A stretch of DNA of 64,000 bases, taken from Klebsormidium nitens (lineage: Eukaryota; Plantae; Klebsormidiophyceae). Location of the stretch: the NCBI GenBank assembly GCA_000708835.1, contig DF237017.1, positions 78,987 through 142,986 of the forward strand, written 5' to 3'. A model generated the notes under the pieces. It did no database searches, was not told where the DNA came from, and saw only the letters and a program-made list of their open reading frames with translations. A program made the position numbers and the translations under genes. Of this stretch, positions 55,601 through 64,000 are shown one piece after another; position 1 is the first letter of the stretch, and every line of letters starts with the position of its first letter.

Positions 55601-58557
55601 TGACGTCGGATGACTTGGCTCGTCCGCAGATCCCCCGGCTTGCTCCATAGCGTTTGCCGCTTGCCCAATAGCCTTTGCCTCCTGACCCATTGCGCCTGCT
55701 CCTTGCCGCGTCACCTCTCCTTCCTTTTTCAAAACCTCGCCATCCGTGCCCATAACATCACCGCCATTTGCCATCTCCTCTCCCTCCATCCTCTTCCGCG
55801 CTCCCTCTTTCCCCTCTGCTCCAATTCTTCTCTCCTCGCCATTCCTCGCTTCATCCTTCCTCTCTCTTCCGGAATTCACCACATTCCGGCTCGGTTCTAC
55901 GCCTAACCCGCCCCCAACCTTCCCCAAACCCGCCTCCGCCCCTAACCCGCCCTTAACCCTAACCCGCCTCCGCTTCTTGGGTACATAACCCACGCAGACA
56001 GCGTGCTGCCAAGCGAGGCACTTATCGCACTGAACCCAACTGCCCCCGTATGACTCGTCGTCGCTAGTTTCCCCGCAGGAACACTCAATGCGCTCTTTTC
56101 GTCTCCGGGCGATGTGCGCGGCAGCATCAGCGGAGGCCCTGTCGGCGGCCGCGCCGCTTCCTGGCCAGGGGTGCGCGAGGATGCACGCAAGGAGCTCGAC
56201 GGTCTTGCCGAGGCCCATCTCGTCTGCAAGGGGGTGGAAACGCTCAATGCCATTCGGTCCAAAATCTCATCGCTCGAAAGACATTGAAATATAAAGCATG
56301 ATCTCGACGAGATGGTACAGGTTTACGCAAGAGGGCCCAAAAGACAGGAGAACAACCTTGAATCTCTGATGTGAGAGCCTTTGCCTTCGAAAAAGCCAGA
56401 ACGTGACCCTGTCACTCCGTTGAGATCTCGACTTCGAGCATGCAACGGAAAGCTGACTCGAATTAGCACGGAGCAATTGATCCATACTTCCCGTTCTTTC
56501 CGCATTCTTTCCGGCTCCACAAAGGAAGAAGTGCAGACCCTTCCTTTTAAAGATATAAAGGACGTCAGCAGAGCCACCCACCGGCCAGAATACCGCCTCG
56601 CACGTGGCCCCCCGCTGAAAACCCCGTCCTCGAGAGCCGCCCCGTGAACGGGTTATACCAAAAAGACTCCCCGCCTTCCAACGCCTCTGCTTGCAGCCAC
56701 AGCGGGTGGACCGATTCCAAACCGGGAGCCCCCGGAGTTGAAGTAGAATCGAGTCCACCGTAGCTGCGGTGTACTGATTCTGAAGTGGAAGGGCTATCGG
56801 GGGAAGTAGAATTGGGTCCTCGCTCGCAGGCAACCATCCAGGCGGCGGCGCGGCGCTGGTACGGGCGGAGGGTGGGGAGGAGGGCGGGGAAGTGGCCGCT
56901 CAACATGGGCGCATCCCTGCGGAAAGTTGGTACTCATGAAATTCTGTGCATTCAAAGGATGTCCTTTCCCTTTCTTGAGAGGCAACTGTATTGAGACGCG
57001 GAAAGCTTGGTGGTTTTGAAGAAGGAAAAGCATAAGGCATCATTCATGGTAACGTCTCATGGCTTCGAACACCCCTCCAAAGGCCGCTAGGGCCACACGT
57101 TTTTGGCAGACAAGAAGGTTGAGTCGATGGTCCGAAACAGAGTCCTCTGGTTCATTTACTTCTTGATTAGAGATCCAGTTCAAAAGGTACATGCTCGGCG
57201 ATTGGAAACATGGCAGTTCTGGGCTAGATGCTAGACTGTGACACAACTCTCATGAATCTGACTCCTTGAAAGCGACTGTTCATGGGCCTTCAATCTTCGA
57301 ACCTTTCTCCAGGTTTTTACAACGAGTGGGAGAGTGTTGCATAAACACAAGACAATCAGGTATGACGAACGACAAGAGAGGTTCTCACCTGCAGGTTCTT
57401 ACAGCCGCGTACAGCTCCTTCGCATCGAACCCCCCGTGATGACCATGCTCGTCTCCTCCCCCATGATCCAGCCCCAGATCCAACCCCCCGTCTTCGTCTA
57501 GTTTCCGCTTCCCTTTCCTGTCACTAACCTCCGCCCCTTCCTCTTCCCCCTTGTTCAGTTGCTCTCCCTTCTGCGGGGTCTCGCTTCCCAAGCTCTTTTC
57601 TTCCAGGCGCCAAACCCCCTCGAACCCCGTTGACTCAACCCTGTGATCCAGGTCTGGGCGCACCCACTGGAAGAGACACTGCATCGCAGCGTATGCTGGT
57701 CTTCGCTGTTCATCTGAGGGCCCAGACGGAGCGTCCGCAAACGCAGCGGGGTTGAGCCACACGCGTACTCTTGGCAGACTGGCTAAGGGGGGCTGGGCTT
57801 CTGTTTCCCTCTGAGAAAGAGGATTGAAACCAGGGCTTCCGCTCTTAGAGGCTTGGTTATGGGACGGGGTTTGGGCCCTCTGCGGTGTTCCAGGGGTACT
57901 CGGTAAGACGGGACTTCGGCCTGCCTGGCTGGATGGAGAGAAGTCCTTTCGAGGCTCTTGGGTTGTTAGATCTTGGGCGCTTCCGTTTCGAAGGGTTGAG
58001 GATTCTACTGCCTGTAAGGTGACCAAGCCCCCCCTGACAAGATCCACCAGCGCCGAAACCCCTGATGACGGCCCATCAAACACGCCCAAAACCCCCAAAC
58101 TGTCGGTTTCTGCTGCTTCAGAGATATGGTTCTTACCTCCAGCTGCTATGTTTGCTGGCTCAGTTCTGGGGGTCTGTGGCTGGACGGCACTTTCGATGGA
58201 CACCTGGCAGACCACTTCCTGGGGATTGTATGGCTGCCGCAGGGTGTTCCGCAGAACTGGAACACGCAGGCTGACCGCTGAAGGTCCTTCCGAAAAATCA
58301 AACTTCAGTGCAGCGGGGTTTGCCCCTTCCCAAAAATCTGATTCTAGACTCTGAAGGGACAGCTCGGCGAATGGCACACAGGCAGACTCCAGGGCCGCAG
58401 ATTGGATCTCAACCCATTCTTTGAAGGGTGGGAGTTTGAGCGATTGAGGGGCTGTGGGGCGTTTGCTGCAAGCAATTGGTGTGGCCACTTGTTGCGGGGT
58501 ATCTGCTGCCCCCTCTGCACCGGTTCTCTGCGGGTTTGTCTGCTTCCGACGAGCCAT
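43608..58557 (-). CDS. SHPRH: SHPRH-like SNF2 helicase / PHD / RING E3 ubiquitin ligase, multi-exon
   Basis: GGILA|DEMGLGKT (Walker A); PHD CSCG...WVQCDKCLAWQHAVC; TLIVCPTAILQQW; ADVVLTTYD; CISGTPIQRGLEDLYGLL; LLRLRQACCHPQ; RING CPVCQERL...CGHMLC...CPTCR; helicase-C AKFLIFSTW...GLNLVEAQHV...QAVGRVHRIGQ. Confidence 0.95.
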
Positions 58558-59144
58558 GACACAGCTTTCCGAGCAGCTTAGGCTTCTGCCCAGTTTACAC
58601 AATCAGTTGACTTGCTTATCCCCTTGGCCTGAGCTGTGGCTCTTGTCCGTCTCACAAGCTACTTAAACTTTCTTCACTGAGGTTTCCAGATAGAGACGCG
58701 CTCAGTTGTCAACCAGCTACAGGGGACTGCATACACAGGATTGCAGGGATAAGGACAGTGAGCAGCTAGAGTTTGACCTACAGTAGGCCGTCTTTCGAAT
58801 TACCCATGTAAGGCAGGAAGTGCAAACACGAGAGGCTTGTTTAGGTCCAACAGGAAAGTAAGAGCCGCAGACAAACCCCACGTTCTTCCTCATTCAGAAA
58901 ACTTTCACAGCATTGAGATCAATTGAACGCCAGATGACCAGGTACTTTTGGACCAGAGCATCAGCTTGCCAGAACAAAATAGCGATTTGCAACCTGTGAA
59001 GACCTGGATGTACTAACAACCGACTGGCAGTAGGCCACCTGGCAGCGCCTGGCTACCGTAAATTGCTGCCCGCACAGACCGAGACTTGGAGATGGTGGCA
59101 AATTGGTGCTGCCTGAGCTCAGTTGTGCATGGCTTTACAGAAGC

Positions 59145-62100
59145 ATGGCGTCACGAGTCCTTGCTTTGTTTCTTACAGCGGCTGCTGCTGCCCCTGACAA
59201 GAGGTTTGCTGTTCGGCGGTGGTTGCTTCTGCAGAGACTGGAGAGGATCCTTTCGACACTTGTTTTAAAGGTCAGTTTTGACACGTACACCATCTGTGCT
59301 GCCTTTTTCTTATTCACTGATGTACTTGCAGGTTGAATTTCACCAAGTTGTCATCCTGGTACCTGCAATGGGCCTGCTACGGGTCAGGTTTGCTGCCTGC
59401 TTAAGCTCAATAAAGCTTGGTGACAAAGCACGTCAACATGAAAGAAAACATGATTCATTCAAAATGGAGAAATCCGTTCCCCCTCGCAGATCAGGTTTGT
59501 CAATCATGATCTTTGATCCTGGAGCTCATAAGAAACTGCAGCACTTTTTCTGCTCGCTGATGAATCCCCCCGATTTTCCCCTCCATAGGACCCCCAGACC
59601 AAGAAGGAGGCCAAGACCTGGCTAGTCACCAGCATTGCCAAGCTGAATCCTCCAGCCCCCTCTGAAATAGCAGCATTCCTCTCATTTCTCCCAAAGCCCA
59701 GCCGCCGCGGCAGCTCGCACAGCAGAATTACGGATGCCCCCGAGGCCTTTGTGCTCCACCAGCTGGCGCTCCTGCTATGCGAAAACCGCATTACGGCGCC
59801 CAGGCTGGCAAGGCTGCTGTCAAGGGACGTCGATATGAAAAAGCGGTTTTTTTCAAGGGATGATCGGCGCATCGAGGCATGGTTTAGCCACTTTGCAGCC
59901 GCCGTGGTGAGACCGCTCGTTATATGGTTTTGAGGCTCAATTTGAGTGGCGTTTGGATTGGCTTGATGTCCTGATGCCCAAGGTTTGATGTTTGAATCAT
60001 GAAAAGCCTTGACACGAAACGCGTTTGATTACTATTTGACCGCGTCCTCATCTCTTATAAGAGCCATTTAGAGCCCGAACACCGAGTCTGATGATAGCAC
60101 TTCGTGGAACGGTTGAGATGCATGCATGTCCTGGGTTGTTCAGAGTAGAACTAAATGCTGTGGATACTGATGCCGTAAGCCTCCTCTCGGCAGGACGGAG
60201 AACATTCTTTTGGTTCAAAAGCGCTCGCACGCTATTCTCTCCGCTACCGCGACGAGTGCTGGGAGGAACTAGAGTGGGCGGGAAGTCACCCGCAGGCCCC
60301 GGGGATGGTTGCCACAAAGCCGCACTACTTCTCTGAGTTGGACGTGGTGAGTATGGAGTTTGTTGTGCATTCCAAGCTTTCCGGTTTCAGGGATTTCCCA
60401 AGAGACTACAGCAGTGGAGAACCCACCCGCAGGCCCCTGGAGGGTTGCCACAAAGTGCAACTTTTTGTGGAGCAGGGCGAAAACATAGAAGAGGCCCTGT
60501 TTGAGGGCTCTGAATGTTGAGAATCTCAGGGCGTCGAAACTTGGGGGGAAAGTCTGAGGAACACGGTAATCATTGGGCTCTTTTTACTACGACAGTACTA
60601 AGTTTTGGGGTACTCATTTATCCAAGGGGAGCACGCTATTGGGCTGGGGAGAAGGCTCTAGTGGTCACCTGAAATGTACCGTTTTTGATGTGTATTGAGC
60701 TTGCAAGAGCACGTAAATCGCATGGAAGGGGGTCTTTTCGGTCCTGTGCAAAAAGGGTGAGCTGGTGAAGATTGGCGAGCAGTGGGCCAGCAGAAAGCTG
60801 CTTATGATCAGGGAGCAAAATTGGTCCTTCGTGAACAAACGTATTCCCAATTTAGACATGCACGTATACAGCTTGCTGCCTCGTGCGGAGCGCTGTTAGA
60901 GGTGCCGAGTCCGAGGGGCTTTGCGTCCCCAATGTTCATACCTTCTTCAAAAGGTGCACTATCTTATCTCGACTCCTTTTTTTATTCATCATGCAAAAGA
61001 ACGAATCGGGTGCCAAGAGGTAGAAAGACGGAAAGGAGAAACGGACAATGTTCTTTGACTATTATGCTTATGATAGGATCTCCTGCCTTCTCGCAGGTGC
61101 GTACCGTCCGCAACTTTCTGAAGCATGTGCCCGACTTTTGGACCTCCGACGACTGGCGGGACTGCGTTTCTTGCGGCGAGTTTTTGGCGCTCGATCCCGA
61201 CTTCTTCGCTAAAACGGCGATTGACTTTCTGGTTGCAAAATCTAGAAAGGGGTCCCCGGACGACGAGGTTCGAGAGGAGGAGTACGTGCGGGGAAAGCTG
61301 TTGGAGATACTTGAGGACTTTCTTCGGGAGGTATGTTTAGATTGGAGCAGTTCAGAGCAAAGCTGACTTATCTTAATTCAACCGATTCCACTGTCATGCG
61401 AGCAAGTCAAAAGCGGAGGTCGCTTAACCAAATAGAATGTGCAACACCTTTGTGATTCTCAGAAGCCGAGAAACCGTGCCGCAACCATGCCTGTCTGTTT
61501 CAGTCAGAATGCAGAACTTGGACGTACTCTCTCTTGTCTTTAATCCAGGAGTTGTCCACTATCGCTCCAATTGCCCCCCTTGCAGGAGTCATTCCCCACC
61601 TTGTGCCAGCGGCTCCTCCATCTGGCCTCCCCCGAAGGCCTTCTTTCCTTTCTGGAACGTCTCCAAGAGAGTGCCCCCATCAATCGGTCACGTGACCCGC
61701 AACTGGCGGCCGTTACTGACGTCAAGTGGCGCAGCCTGGACGATGCGCTGCTGTGCAACGCGTGCGCAGCGAATGGCAGGCAGGTCCGTCGATCCCTCTC
61801 CCCAACATCTGACTCAACTATAGCCCGCCCACAGGAGTCAACGCTTCACTGTCAGCATCTGCCGTTGAAACTCCCTGCAAAAAGCAAGAAGTTCTGACAG
61901 ATTTGACGCTCCTAGGGTTATCTATAAGAGATGCGGGCCGATTGCAGACTGTTCCCGGTTTTCCACGTTCTGTCCTTGTCGTGGAATATGGAATATGAAT
62001 GAAGCACCTCAAATCAACTGCAGCTACCTGCACATCGTATGAGGAGTCGCAGGAGTCGCAACTTCAGAAGCTGTTTCAGGAATGTTTTTCTTAATTAGCT

Positions 62101-63986
62101 GTTTGCACCATATGATTTCTGTTTTGTGGTGCGACTCTTTGAGTCCTGCTCATATGACGTCAGCCTTCCTTCCGCGACGTCATTCTTTGCCAAAATCCGT
62201 ACAGGTCGTGCGCCTCCTGACAGACGACGAGTTTTTGGAGCAACGGACGGACCTCGATGCGCTCGTTTCGGAAGCCAGTACGTCAGGCGAGGAGGCGGAG
62301 TTCCGGTCGTTTCGCTCGGAGCTGCGGAACCGCTCAAGGGCAACGGAACGGAAGTGGCTGATCCTGGAGTCTTGGCTGCTGCGCTGGCGACTGTCCCAAG
62401 TCTCCGAGCCAGAGGCGATGCAGGTGGGCCGAGGTTTAGGTCCATACCGGTTCCGGTTCCGGTTCCGGTTCCGGTTCTGAATAATGCTTGAATGTTTCAG
62501 TCCTCCTGGCACATTGGTTCATGTTCCGTTTGGTCAGTTCGGCGGACTTTCTTTCAGAACCTTCTGGTAGCATGCAAACATCCCGTGGTTGTGGTCTCCT
62601 TTAATTCTGGCTTGTCAATTGGAGTAAATGAGGCCGTACCAAAGTTGATACTTTTTGGTAATTTTTCTCACAATGAAACTGGCCTGTCGATACATTCACC
62701 TATTACGCACCGATCGTAGCCTTTCCTCCTCTTCATTTCCGCTACTCCCTTCGTTTCTCTTCGGTTCCCTTAATTCTTGCATGTGGTCTCCTGATGTCAG
62801 CTGTTTCTGAAGTTACACAAAGACAATGAACGCACTACGAAAGGGAAAGCTGTGAAGCGTGTACCCGTGTCAGAACTTTAACGTCCGAGCTTTCCTTTCT
62901 TTCTCGCAGAGGATCCTTGAAGACAACGGGGTAGCTTTTAGAACGTTCGTGGACGTGAATCGGGAGCTTTTGCCCGAAAGCAGCGGCGAGGAAGCAACGC
63001 GGAGTAACGAGCGCAAACGGACACGGCGGGGCCGGAAGCGGCGGAAACGGAAAAGCGGAACCCATTCGTCCGACAGCGACTCGTCTGAGAAGAGCGAACG
63101 AAACTCTCACAGTGAATCTGACGTCGAAACGCGCCATAGAAAAGAAAGGCGCCCAAAAAGCGCTGAGGGAGGTGGTGAGATCGAACGGAAAGGCCGGGGA
63201 AGCACCGATGGAGCAGATGGCGGAACGGATGGAACGGACGGAACGAGGACGCTGGCGGGCGCTGACGGGGTGTATCTTCAGACGGACGGATTTTCGTTCC
63301 GCTGGAGTTTGGTAAGTATTCAGAGACTTTTCTGTGGCGATGATCTTCTAAAAGGTGTGGGCAACTTTTCTCTATTGAAGCGTCGACGCTGGAGTCTGGG
63401 AGTTCTCCGATTTAGTATTGACGCTACGAAGGTCCAAAGCTTTGCCCGCATTGGCGTGTGCCGACAGAATAAGTTTGCGTTCTACCGCTTTCTCATGAAG
63501 GACACCAGCAAGTCCCACCAGCTGCTAAAGCTTTTAGACACTCTTGAAGCTCAGAGGCGGTTTTAGTTGCGCTGGCCGCCGAATCAGTTTCCTGGCCTGG
63601 CGCAAGTTGAAGAGGAGCTTTGCCGAAGCTCGTAATAGTCGACGGGTTAAGCTTAAGGCTTTTTCCCCCGCTTCCGTGGTCTTGGGGTTCCGTCTATGCT
63701 TGCTCTTCGGCTTAAGCTTTGACGTTAGCCGCTAGCGCCGTGTCCTCTGGTCATTAACCTTGTCGTTGTACACCGCTCCATACCGGTCATACGCTCGGAC
63801 TTTCTGAGAGTGTCCATCAGGCGCGTCGGTTGCCAGAGGTTTAACCAAACCCTGAAGTTTTTTCTTGGCACCGTGCAGTCGGAGCTTCCCGACCATCTGG
63901 CGGAGCACAGTCTGGCGGTCTGGTTGGGCTGGAAAGACTGGGAAGTAACGCCGGCGGCGAACCCGGGGCCGCCACGTGGAAGCTGA
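59145..63986 (+). CDS. Conserved plant protein of unknown function (At5g48340-like), multi-exon
   Basis: IEAWFSHFA; GSKALARYSLRYRDECWEELEW...MVATKPHYFSELDV; TVRNFLKHVPDFWTSD; ESFPTLCQRLL; GRQ|VVRL; Lys/Arg/Ser-rich patch; LQTDGFSFRWSL|SELPDHLAEHSLAVW; stop TGA at 63986. Collinear with the recalled At5g48340 family. Confidence 0.8.
62447..62476. repeat. (CCGGTT)x5 microsatellite just inside an intron
   Basis: ATACCGGTTCCGGTTCCGGTTCCGGTTCCGGTTCTG lies ~25 nt after the GCAG|GTGGGC donor. Confidence 0.9.
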
Positions 63987-64000
63987 GGAGAGACGCGGCG

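Noticed and set aside
55900-55970. TTAGGG/CCCTAA motifs as an interstitial telomere
   Set aside because: There are only a few dispersed units, and they lie in-frame in a SHPRH exon encoding RVRVKGGLGAEAGLGKVGGGLG.
43774-58354. Long alternative-frame ORFs in SHPRH (43774-44364, 51525-52226, 57824-58354)
   Set aside because: They overlap SHPRH exons, are low-complexity Arg/Gly/Pro, and are explained by codon bias.
1-64000. tRNA, rRNA or intact transposase/reverse transcriptase genes
   Set aside because: No cloverleaf or A/B-box pattern, rRNA signature, or RT/integrase/DDE motif was seen in any ORF.

Overview
This is a gene-dense, intron-rich eukaryotic window with no prokaryotic signature. 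The gene set, the plant-type homologues and the GT/GC-AG introns point to a streptophyte alga such as Klebsormidium (inference). Ten protein-coding genes can be reconstructed by splicing, in order: a DUF3133/EDR4-like zinc-ribbon protein (-, runs off the left edge), AP-3 mu (+), an intronless RING-TRAF-RanBP2 zinc-finger protein (-), a SWEET transporter (+), an SDR (-), an unusual WD40-like propeller (-), TMEM214/DUF2359 (+), the 2-oxoglutarate dehydrogenase E2 DLST (-), SHPRH (-) and an At5g48340-like conserved protein (+). No RNA genes, CRISPR arrays or intact transposons were found. The most striking unexplained signal is that five genes carry local tandem duplications of roughly 100-170 bp that copy exon sequence, usually together with a splice site, into the neighbouring intron, leaving decoy splice sites next to the real ones. 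Other notable observations: (1) a G-quadruplex-like intronic element shared by two unrelated genes; (2) CATG- and palindrome-dense spacers downstream of gene 3' ends; (3) a SWEET that has lost both conserved substrate-binding asparagines; (4) a RING-TRAF E3 candidate ending in RanBP2/NZF-type fingers. All family assignments come from recalled motifs; no database search was run.
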